This document shows, piece after piece, positions 53,507 through 64,000 of a stretch of 64,000 nt of DNA (its first letter is position 1; every line of letters starts with the position of its first letter). The notes beneath the pieces were generated by a model. That model was not told the origin of the DNA and did not search any database. It saw only the letters and a program-made list of their open reading frames with translations. Source of the DNA: an uncultured Nitrospinota bacterium (lineage in GTDB: Bacteria; Tectomicrobia; Entotheonellia; J063; CAVPRW01); assembly GCA_963707985.1 (NCBI GenBank), contig CAVPRW010000037.1, forward strand, positions 106,522 to 170,521, written 5' to 3'. Position numbers and translations under genes: made by a program.

Positions 53507-53912
53507 GCGTTTCAATGCCTCCTGGGGGACCGACACGTTCATGGGTCGCCAGTACGATGCTTTCAGCCTACTGCGAAATGGCGCCTTGGTCAACGGCATC
53601 GGCATGCGGCACCGCCGCTTGATGTTGTCCAACGCTTCCGATAAGATTCCTGCCATGGACACGTGCCGCATGTTCACGGCATTCCCGATGCCACATGACC
53701 AGCTCTATGAAGTGCTCGGTGGCCAACTAGGTCCACGCCTGCCCGAAGCTGGCAGGTGGCGTGGAGTCCATGGCTGTGGCGTATGGCTGGATCGAGGCCC
53801 GCAGGGTTATCAACGCCCAGGTACGGCAGGTGAGCTTGGCTGGAGAGGAGGGGGCTTTCATGACAGCTCTCACGATGGCTGCAAATGCTCACGCGAGGTA
53901 GGAACCGCATCC

Positions 53913-54701
53913 ATGCAGAACATCATCGAGATCAAGCACGTCAGCGCCTATCGGGGCAGCACCCGCGTCTTCAACGACCTGTCGCTCGACATCGCGATCG
54001 GATGCCAGACCGCCATCCTTGGACCCAACGGCGCCGGCAAATCGACCCTGCTCAAGTTGCTGTCGCGCGATATCTATCCCGTCCAGCGCCAGGGCAGCTC
54101 CATACGGCTCTTCGGCCAGGAGCGCTGGAACCTCTTCGACCTGCGGGCCCACTTCGGCATCGTCTCGCACGATCTTCAGCACGAGTATTGGGGCCACGTG
54201 CGCGGCCTGAGCGTCATCCTGTCCGGCTACTATTCGAGCACGGACACCTGGGCGCATCAGCAGTTCAGCGCCGACGACCGCGCCCGTGCCGAGCACATCA
54301 TGGAGCGGCTCGGGGTGGCCGAGTTGAAAGACCGCACCTTCGCCGCGATGTCCACCGGGGAACAGCGCCGGTTCCTGCTCGGCCGCGCCCTGATCAGCGA
54401 TCCCGATACACTGCTGCTGGATGAGCCGACCAGCGGCCTCGACCTCAAGGCCTGCTTTCAGTACCTCGACATCGTCCGCGGCCTCATGCAGGCGGGGAAG
54501 ACTGTCATCCTCGTCACCCACCACATTCACGAGATCCCGCCCGAGGTGTCGCGCGTCGTGCTGTTGAAAGAAGGGGCCGTGCTCGCCGACGGCGCCAAGG
54601 AAAAGATCCTCACCAGCGCGCAGCTCAGCCAGCTCTTCGACACACCGATCGAGCTGGTGCGCGCCAACGGCTTTTATCAGGCCATGCCAGGCAGGCATTG
54701 A
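53913..54701 (+). CDS. ABC transporter ATP-binding protein (ModF-like, orphan)
   Basis: GPNGAGKS, MSTGEQRR, LLLDEP, VTHH. Confidence 0.9.
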   Translation: MQNIIEIKHVSAYRGSTRVFNDLSLDIAIGCQTAILGPNGAGKSTLLKLLSRDIYPVQRQGSSIRLFGQERWNLFDLRAHFGIVSHDLQHEYWGHVRGLSVILSGYYSSTDTWAHQQFSADDRARAEHIMERLGVAELKDRTFAAMSTGEQRRFLLGRALISDPDTLLLDEPTSGLDLKACFQYLDIVRGLMQAGKTVILVTHHIHEIPPEVSRVVLLKEGAVLADGAKEKILTSAQLSQLFDTPIELVRANGFYQAMPGRH

Positions 54702-55306
54702 GCCATGTTGGTGCCCTCTTGTCGGTCACCATGACAATCGTTAGCTGATACTGCCGTTCTGGGTTTTCTCCACATCGACCGGGCGAAGGCCGAGAGGCGA
54801 CCTCCTGTCGCCTCTGGCACGGCAGCGTCTTGCTGGCGGATGGCCCCAGGATAGTGGTGAGGGAGGACAAGTGGTAATCCTTCGTTTGGTCTGGCTCCTG
54901 GATAAGATCAAGCAGCCACGGCCACTCACGCGGAACCTTGGGCTCTCGCTGTAGCTTCGCCAAGGAAGCATAGGATCGAATGCTCCTTGATCCTCTTTTC
55001 GATATCGCCTACTAAAACGGCTTTCACCTGCGCTATTCCTGCTCGATCACCCGACTGGAGGCCATCATCCGAAGGCTCCAGGGGTTCCAGCACTCGGACT
55101 GGACATATTCCCTTCAAACACCTCGTTATCCCTCGTTGATTATCACTGCATCCTTCACCCTCATCTGCAACGCAATGCGGGATTTATCTTATAGTCTCAA
55201 GGTCACTGTATTTTTGCCGATGGACCACATGCGGTGAGAAGGTCATCGCCTGCCTTATGATTCTCGGTAATCCACCAGCAACACCCTCCGCTGAGGAGAT
55301 GAGGAC

Positions 55307-58300
55307 GTGAGTAAGAAGCAACTCTTGGGTATCATTGTGTCATGTTCCCTATTGTGCCTCATCTTTTCCAGCCTCCTACTGCGCGCCCAGCATCCACTCT
55401 CCCCGAATCCTGACTTTGCAACTGCACTATGGGTTGCGAAAGCTGATGGGATCATCAAGATCGCCACGGCTGATGGCAGTACTCTGCTGCAAATCACCGA
55501 TGTCAAGAATCTCCGCGCTGTCACGTTGGATGAGCAGCGTGGTCTACTCTGGGCCTATATCCAGAACACGCTTTGGGCCTATCGTTTTAATGGCAAGCTA
55601 GCCTTCACTATTCCCCTCACTCCACATGGCGATAACGGCAACGGTAAAGAAGCTGCGCTGAGCGCGAACCCCCAAAATGGCTCTGTCTGGCTGGGAGTGA
55701 AAAAATCGCTTTACCATTTTGGTTCGCAAGGGCAATGGCTGGGCGTTCACACCCTCCCCGAGCCTGTGCAAGCTCTCTCTTGGGATCCCACGACATCTTG
55801 CCTCTGGGTCGCCACACAAAAAACCGTTACCGCTTTCAATGACTCAGGAAGTCTTTGCAAGGTCATTGATCTCGGTGCACATCCCGATGTCCAAGACCTC
55901 GCGGTTGATCCGGTCAGTGGAGACCTCTGGGTGGCGATGAAGAAGGCTCTCCTGCGTTTCGACCCAAGAGGCGCTCTGATGTTTGAAGTCGACATCAAGA
56001 AGCTTGGATACCTCACGGGTGACCATCACCGCGGAGTATGGATTGCTGCAGATAAGAACCTCATGCGGATGGATGACACGGGCCACGTTCTATTAGATAT
56101 CGAGCCACTTGATGACCCTGACAAAATCGTCGCCTTGGTCGGTGATCCGATCGATTCTTCCATTTGGGTTGCCAGTAAAAAGAAGGTGAGCCATATCAGG
56201 TCGGACGGACACCCCCTCCAGCAACTAGAGTTCAAGGGAGAAATCCGTGCTCTGGCGCTCTATACTGATCGCCTTCCTCCTGCCCTTTCTTTCACAGCCC
56301 CTCGAGACGGAGTCACCCTGAATACCAACACTCCCGCGCTTGAGATCCACTATCAGGACAGCGGCTCCGGAATAGATTTGGAGACGTTACGCCTGCAGGT
56401 TAACGACGTCGCTTGGTCCATGACCTGTCAGTATGGTGATACAGCAGCCTCATGTACGCCAACCATCGGCATCCCAGACGGAGTTGCAACGCTCACCGCC
56501 ACAATTGAAGACTTCACAGGCAATGCCTCTGAACCGGCTGAGACACGGATTACCGTAGATACTACCCCTCCAGTCATCACCCTCACCTCCCCGTCGAACG
56601 GCGCCTCCACCAATCAGGCCCAGCATGCGTTTGTCGGATCCCTCAGCGAACCGGCAACGCTCACCCTTAATGGTGAGGAAGTACGGGTTGAGTCGTCCCT
56701 GAACTTTTCCCATGGGCCCGTATTGTTGCATGAAGGCCTCAATATCTTCGAGCTCATTGCGACCGACGCTGCAACAAACAGCCGTCGACTTGACGTCCGA
56801 TTGACATTGGATACTGTGCCGCCGGTGGCTGTTGATAGGGGCATGATCGAAATCGAGGACATCGAAGAGGGACAGGTTCGGGTGCGGGGGAAGGCTGGCA
56901 GCGTTGATGCTGGCACGAGCGTGACGATTACGAATACAAGGACCGGACAGACTGTCTCAGTTGCCTCGAACAATGAGGGTGGCTTCGAGATCACGATCGC
57001 GGCGGGGGTGGGGGATATTCTATCCATCGTAACGGTCGATGTCGCCGGAAACGCCAGCCTTCCAAGCACTGTTGGCGTGGAAAGAGCACTACCGCCAGAC
57101 CCGAGCGCAGTCGCCCCCCCCTTAGATCGTACCGTCGTTACCGATTTTAGCACAGCTACCGCCTTCCTATACAGCGGCGACCACCCAATTCAGACGGGCC
57201 TTGTCCCAGGGACAATTGAGCCCCATCGCGCGTCGGTGCTGCGCGGGCAGGTGCAAACACGTGATGGGGCACCGCTGGTGGGGGTGACGATCACCATCTT
57301 GGGACATACCGAATACGGGCATACGTTCACCCGGGCAGACGGTCATGTTCGATATGGCCGTTAACGGTGGAGGCGTGCTCACCATACGTTATGAGAAGGA
57401 GCGCTACCTGCCGGTGCAGCGTCCGGTGCAGGCCCCATGGCGGGATTACGCTTGGCTGCCCGATGTCGTCATGATTCCGTATGACGATCAAGTCACCGCG
57501 GTCGACCTCGCAGCAGCAGTGGAGGTGCAGGCTGCGCGTGGCAGCCTGGTCACGGATGAACGAGGCAGCCGTCGAGCTACGCTCCTCTTTACGCCGGGCA
57601 CTCAAGCGGCGATGGTCCTTCCAGATGGGCGTACACAATCGGTGACGAGCCTCCATATCCGCGCCACTGAGTACACCGTCGGTCCAAATGGCAAGGCAGC
57701 ATTGCCTGGAGAGTTGCCTCCCACAAGCGGATACACCTATGCCGTGGAGTTGAGTGTCGATGAGGCGGATGCCGTTGGGGCTCACTCGGTGCAGTTTACC
57801 CAACCCGTGTTGGTGTATGTAGACAACTTCCTTGGCTTTCCCGTCGGCACCGCTGTACCGGCGGGCTATTACGATCGCGGTCGTGGGCTTTGGACCGCCT
57901 CGGGAAATGGACGGGTCATTCGCATCGTCGGCACCTCGGAAGGCCTGGCGGACATCGATACCGACGGAGATGGCGCAGCAGACGCTGCCCCCATGTTGGC
58001 AAGTCATAGCATCACGGACGCGGAGCGCCGCAGCCTAGCTTCGCTCTACGTAACCAACCAAAGCTTTTGGCGCGTTCCAATCACGCACTTTACACCCTAT
58101 GATTTCAACTGGCCGGTTGGGCTGCCAGACGGAGTTGTTCCCCCTAATCGGCCTCGCGTTGCGCCAGCTAGTCGCCCCATCAATGATCCCAATAAACAGT
58201 GCGGCTCCATCATTGCCTGCCAAAATCAGTCCTTAGGAGAAGCGCTAAGCATTCCTGGCACATCGTTTCATCTGCACTATCAGAGTGACCGCACCCCTGG

Positions 58301-61300
58301 CTACGCAGCCGCTCGTACGGTTGAGATATCGCTGACCGATGAATCCTGGAACATGACTAAGATATTCCTCACGATCGAGGTTGCGGGGCAACGGCTCACT
58401 AAGGAATTTACTCCAGCCCCAAATCTCACCTACACCTTCACATGGGATGGCCTGGATGCCTACGGACGGGAGCTGCAAGGGGAGCACCCTGTCAACGTTC
58501 TCATTGGCTATTACCAGGATCTTTGTTATGAGCCCCCAGCTCCGTCAGATCCCAGTTTCAGCCTCCCCACGAGCGGGTCGGGTGGGGCGAGCTGGGGAAT
58601 CCAGGCTTGCACGGACATGATCCTTTGGCAACAGCAACGCTCTACCGTGATGGGCTATTGGGACAGTCGCGCCGAGCAGTTGGGGGCATGGACCTTAGAT
58701 GCCCACCATGCTTACGACCTCAGAGGCAAGGTCCTGCAGATGGGGGACGGAACGCGGCGGAGCATGGCGCCCTTAGGTCAGGTCATTACAGGTGTCGCTG
58801 GCCGGGGTTCCAGTGGCAGCAGCGGTGACGCAATGCCCGCTAGCGAAGCCTATCTGAGCTCTCCGAACGGGATGGTCATCGGAGCTGACGGCAGCGTCTA
58901 TATCGCCGATAGTACCAACCACCGCATACGACGGATCGGTCTTGACAATATCATCACGACTGTGGCTGGGAATGGGCTGGCCGGCTATAGCGGAGACGGA
59001 GTCCTCGCAACTGCCGCACAATTGAATTATCCCATCGACGTTGCCTTAGGGCCGGATGGCAGCCTGTACATCGCTGACAGTGGCAACTCTCGCATCCGCA
59101 AGGTAACCCCTCTTGGCATCATCACCACCGTTGCCGGAGCCGGCCCCGGGGGGGGTAGTGCTGACGGCAAGCCGGCCACTGAGGTCCATCTCAACAGTCC
59201 CTATGGCATTGCCGTTGGGCCGGGTGGCAGCCTTTACATTGCAGAGTTCTACGGTCATCGTGTTCGTCGGGTCGGACCAGAGGGAATTATTACAACGGCT
59301 GCAGGAACAGGCGCTGGTGGCTTTGGCGGCGATGGAGGCCTGGCCACCGAAACGCAACTGAACAATCCGTTGGGGCTGGCTGTCAGTGGAGACGGAAGTC
59401 TTTATATCGCGGACAAATCCAATCAGCGCATCCGTCGGGTGGGGATCGATGGCACCATCACCACGGTCGCTGGGAACGGCAGTAGCGGCCATGGTGGCGA
59501 TGGTGGTCCAGCCAGCCAGGCACAGCTCCATAATATCAACCGTATCGCCGTTGGGCCAGACGATAGCCTGTACATCGCCGATAGCAATTACGGCTTCTTT
59601 GATTATACGCGTGGCATGTATGTACGCCGTGTGCGGCCAGATGGCATCATGACCACGGTGGCGGGATCAGACATATGGGGGGATGGCGGCGATGGCGGCT
59701 CAGCCTCTCAGGCCCGCTTCGGAGCGATTGAAGGGGTTGCCATTGGCCCTGATAATCGAGTGTACATCTCCGACAATTATTTCATGCGAGTCCGCCAAGT
59801 GGGGCCGCCCCTGCCTGAATATTCAGCGAACGATCTGTTTCTGTCCTCTGAGAGTGGGAACGCTATCTATGTTTTCGACAAAGCAGGGCGGCATCTCCGG
59901 ACCGTAAATGCCCTGACGGGAACAGTGCTCCACCAATTTGCCTACGACAGCGCCGGCCGACTGGCGCAAATCTTCGAGGCTAATGGCGAAGTTACCACCA
60001 TCGAACGGGACGGAGCAGGGAATCCCTCAGCTATTATCGGACCGTATGGCCAGCGCACCACCCTACGCCTCAACTCTGATGGGTATTTGAGTAGCATTAC
60101 AAACTCCGCCAGTGATACTACCCGCTTGACCTACACCGCCGACGGTCTTTTAAGCACCCTGACCGACCCCAAAGGAAACCCGTACCGCTTCAGCTATGAC
60201 GCACTTGGGCGCCTCACCAAGGACGAAGATCCTGCAGGGGGGTTCAAAACCTTATCTATAACCCAGAACCGTGACAGTTCTATCACCAGTTTAACAACCG
60301 CTTTGGGTCGCAGTAGCACATACCTCGTCGAACGCCCATCTTCCGGTGGCCTGCGTCGTGTGAATATCGATCCCTCTGGACTACAAAGTGCAACCGAGAT
60401 TGCGATTGACGGTGCTCGTCGTATCACCTACCCCGACGGCACGGTTACCTCGGTGACAACCGGACCTGATCCACGCTTTGGCACACAGGCCCCTCTTGCC
60501 AAGACTCTCAGCCTTAGCACCCCGAGCGGACTGACCTCCGTCATGCAAGAAACACGCTCGGTAATTCTCACCAGTCCGCTAGATCTTCTCCAATTGTCCC
60601 ATGCCACGAACACCCTCACGGTCAATGGTCGCCCCTACACAAGAACTTTCGATGCCGCATCGATGACGGTTACCAACCGCACTCCAATGGGACGGCAAAT
60701 GCTCAGCCTCCTGGATGGGCGCGGACGGGTCGTGGAACAGCGCATCGCTGGGCTGGAACCACTGCGCTTTACGTATGACCCTACAGGCGAACTGGTCGCT
60801 GTCGCCCAAGGTTCGCGCCATACCGCCTTTGGTTATGACGCCCAGGGCAGACTGGCAACAGTAAGTGATCCGTTAGGGTATACGGTAGGCTTTCAGTACG
60901 ATGCCGTTGGCCGAGTCACCAGGCAAGTCTTACCTGACGGGCGGGAAGTCTTATCATCTTATGATGCCAATGGCAACACCAGTTTGCTGACACCCCCAGG
61001 ACGCCCTAGCCATGCTTTCACGTATACCGCGATTGATCTAGAAGACAGCTACATTTCGCCAGTTGTCGGAGTGGAACCAAGTCTGACTCGTACAACCTAC
61101 AACTTAGACCATCAACTTGCCGAGGTGAGCCGACCGGATGGCACCGTAATCGCCCTAGGATACGATGGCGCAGGGCGTTTGAGCACGCTGACGTTTCCGC
61201 GCGGTAACCTTGCGTTTGCCTATCGCCCCACGACAGGCAGCCTGGCCACGATTACCGACCCTGACGGTGGGATGTTGTCATACGACCATGATGGTAGTCT

Positions 61301-62914
61301 CCTGACCCGCGAAGCCTGGTCCGGTACGATTTCGGGGAACATTCAGTACTCGTACGATAACAACTTCCGTCTCACCTCACAGAGTGTCAACGGTGCCTCA
61401 TTAACGTTCCAATATGACGGTGACGGCCTCCTAACTCAGGCTGGTGCACTCGCCATTGCTCGTGATGCACAAAATGGGTTCATCACTGGCAGCACGCTGG
61501 GAAACCTCACGGACACGCGATCCCACAACACCTTTGGCGAATTGTCGAGCTACAAGGCGACGTTGAGTGGAAGTGACATCTTCGTCGTACAGTATGCACA
61601 TGATCCGCTTGGTCGGATCATTCAGAAGACTGAGGTGGCTGAGGGACATTCGAACACTTACAGCTATGTATACGATATCGCAGGGCGGCTTACCGAGGTC
61701 CAACGGAATGGCAGCACCATTGCGACCTATGCCTACGATACCAATGGCAACCGGCTGAGTTACACGACCCCCGATGGCACCCTGGCGGCTACTTATGACA
61801 TCCAGGATCGCCTCCTCCAACACGGCTCGGCCACATATAGCTATACCGCTAACGGCGAGCTGCAACGCAAGAGCCAAGGTAATCAAACGACCCTTTATGA
61901 ATACGATTCGTTGGGCAACCTACGAACCGTGACTTTGCCTTCCGGCTCCCGGATCGAATACGTCATCGATGGCCGGAATCGCCGGGTGGGGAAGAAGGTC
62001 AATGGCGTCCTGCTCCAAGGTTTCTTGTATGACGGCAACCTCAAGCCTGGGGTACAGCTTGATAGCAACGGACAGATCACCGCACGATTCATTTATGGCA
62101 CCCGCGCTAATGTCCCCGACTACATGGTCAAGGGAGGTATCACCTATCGGATACTCACGGACCACCTTGGCAGCCCTCGGTTCGTTGTCGACGTTGTTAC
62201 CGGGCACGTCGTCCAGCGCATGACCTACGACGTTTTCGGGCAAGTCATTTTTGATGATAATCCCGGCTTTCAACCCTTTGGCTTTGCCGGTGGCCTGTAC
62301 GATCCGGACACCCAGTTGACGCGCTTCGGAGCGAGGGATTATGATGCTGAGACGGGCCGATGGACCGCAAAGGATCCCATTCGTTTTGCCGGCGGTGATA
62401 CTAACCTGTACGGCTATGTCCTGAATGATCCGGTTAACAATGTAGATCCTGAGGGCTTGCTACTCAGGGGGTGCATTAATGCCGGTGAATCCTATGGGGA
62501 AAGCGCGGCGCAGTACTGGGCAGACATGTACAATGAGACCGGCAACCCCCTCTATTGGATTCCTGGATCGTTTGCTTCGCTCTGGACACCAGACACAAGC
62601 GATCAAACAGCCTTGACTCTAATTGGAGCCTATGGTTTAGCTCGTTACCTTGCGAGGCCTTTTGGCAATATTACCCGGCTGGTAATGCAGATTATGCGAG
62701 TTCTTGGTTGACACGTGGTTGGGGGTGGAAGCCCCCATATGCAACTGGTCAGCAAGCTGCACAAAAGTTAGCCCTACCGCCTTACAATCCCGCTACCGCT
62801 GTCAAGCCAGTAAACCCATCGCAGTTGCGATATATTGCGGGACCACGTCATGTAAAACCAGATTATTCTCAGCCCGGCGGAGGTTGGGAATATCGGATCG
62901 GTGGGTTCCCATGA
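55307..62914 (+). CDS. Secreted teneurin-like NHL/YD-RHS repeat protein with C-terminal toxin domain (frameshifts near 57343 and 62660)
   Basis: Signal peptide, propeller-like region, Ig-like D..PP repeats, VLRGQV..DG.PLVGV...DG.FD.AVNGG, NHL repeats (DGSLYIAD..N.RIR), YD repeats, RHS core FGFAGGLYD...DPEGL. Confidence 0.88.
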
Positions 62915-63339
62915 GAGGATCATACAATTTGGAAATTATAGACCAACTTTGTAGATTTTTTTGCGGTCTGGTTGGATGGCAGCTTCCAGGAAAGTCCGTC
63001 CTCCTAATGATAGATGACACCGATGATCCAGCCCTATTTGGCCTTATTGTAAAGGGTACAATACACGCTACCGTACGGGGTGTTTTGTCCACCGGACCAG
63101 GAGGTTCTAGTAGGTCAATTAATCCTGATGCAATCATTCAACTAGATTCGCCACTAAACTTTAGGAACCAACAGACTGAATGGCTAATTGCAAGGCCACG
63201 ACACATCGGATTCAGTTTAGATCGGTTATGCTTAACATCGATTGCAGTTTATATTCATGCTTTAGATGGACCAAATCCCCCAGAGGAATTAGTGTGGGAT
63301 GATATTATTGCTATCTGTAGTATGAAATTGACAAAGTAG
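62911..63339 (+). CDS. Putative cognate immunity protein
   Basis: ATGA overlap with the toxin stop, 142 aa, visibly lower GC, no recognisable family. Confidence 0.6.
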   Translation: MRGSYNLEIIDQLCRFFCGLVGWQLPGKSVLLMIDDTDDPALFGLIVKGTIHATVRGVLSTGPGGSSRSINPDAIIQLDSPLNFRNQQTEWLIARPRHIGFSLDRLCLTSIAVYIHALDGPNPPEELVWDDIIAICSMKLTK

Positions 63340-64000
63340 TATGGCAATCGAAAATGCCAAAGACTGATTGATGAAAAAAATTTCGGATGTTGTTACTCAG
63401 TAAGTGTGATTTAATTCCACACCTGAGCACTTATTAACCAATATCAATTTGATTCAGTGTCAACTTGCTATTCACTGGATGGCGTTTTTGAGGATTATCC
63501 CTGTTGATGGCGTACGTTGCTGTTATGCTACTCCAGCCTTGACCTGCTCCTCGATTTGTATCCGAGACAATTTGAGCGAACGTTCCCTCGGTTTGCACAC
63601 GCGATAGCTCAACTCCTCGCGTGACGCAGTTTCCATATTTTGATACCTATTTTATGGTGGGGATTGTAAAACCAATCGATACTGACTTTTCCTCTCTGTG
63701 TTCACGGCCAGGATTCATGCGTACTCCAGGCGAAATACCCATGAAAGTACTTATGACTAAATGGTTTTTGGCTACGAGGTCTAACGCTTCCAAGCCGTGT
63801 TTGAGCATCCTAGAACTTGCTGGAACCGGGTTCTACCTCCATGCCCGTCGGGCCTGGAGATGCAGACAGACGAGGTCGTTGCCAAAACTTCTTTATTTTC
63901 ACGTACTTTTATGCCAATTAGCCGCTCGCCTGCTTGGATGGCCGCTTCGGATGACGAACGGAAGAGTCAGGATAAGCTGAGCCAAAAGGACTGTTTGAAA

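Noticed and set aside
58790..59800. Periodic DNA similarity
   Set aside because: Explained by NHL protein repeats.
63340..64000. Orphan toxin/immunity cassettes after the immunity gene
   Set aside because: No RHS-core fragment or convincing ORF seen; ORF 63621..63980 is unsupported.

Overview
High-GC (about 60% by eye) diderm bacterial chromosome segment with a complete tol-pal operon. Its gene style resembles uncultured soil lineages such as Ca. Tectomicrobia/Rokubacteria, but that is an impression, not a classification. Many conserved genes are broken by single-base indels, most likely long-read assembly errors, so several ORF-track pieces must be joined. Main points: (1) an egtB-egtD ergothioneine locus followed by a redoxin with an in-frame TGA in a UxxC motif and a SECIS-like hairpin (selenoprotein missed by the ORF track); (2) an ECF sigma factor overlapping a putative anti-sigma::Ogt::Ada-Zn fusion, plus a second Ogt and a 2OG-Fe(II) oxygenase, a candidate sigma-controlled alkylation response; (3) a ~1400-aa sigma54-activator::HTH::cyclase-like::STAND::TPR fusion divergent from a sigma54 promoter upstream of a CoA ligase and an O-methyltransferase; (4) a ~2500-aa secreted teneurin-like NHL/YD-RHS protein with a TNT-like C-terminal toxin and a coupled immunity candidate; (5) decayed remnants of an integron integrase, an ISL3 transposase, a tyrosine integrase, a radical SAM gene and a GT2 gene. 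No rRNA, tRNA or CRISPR array was recognised.
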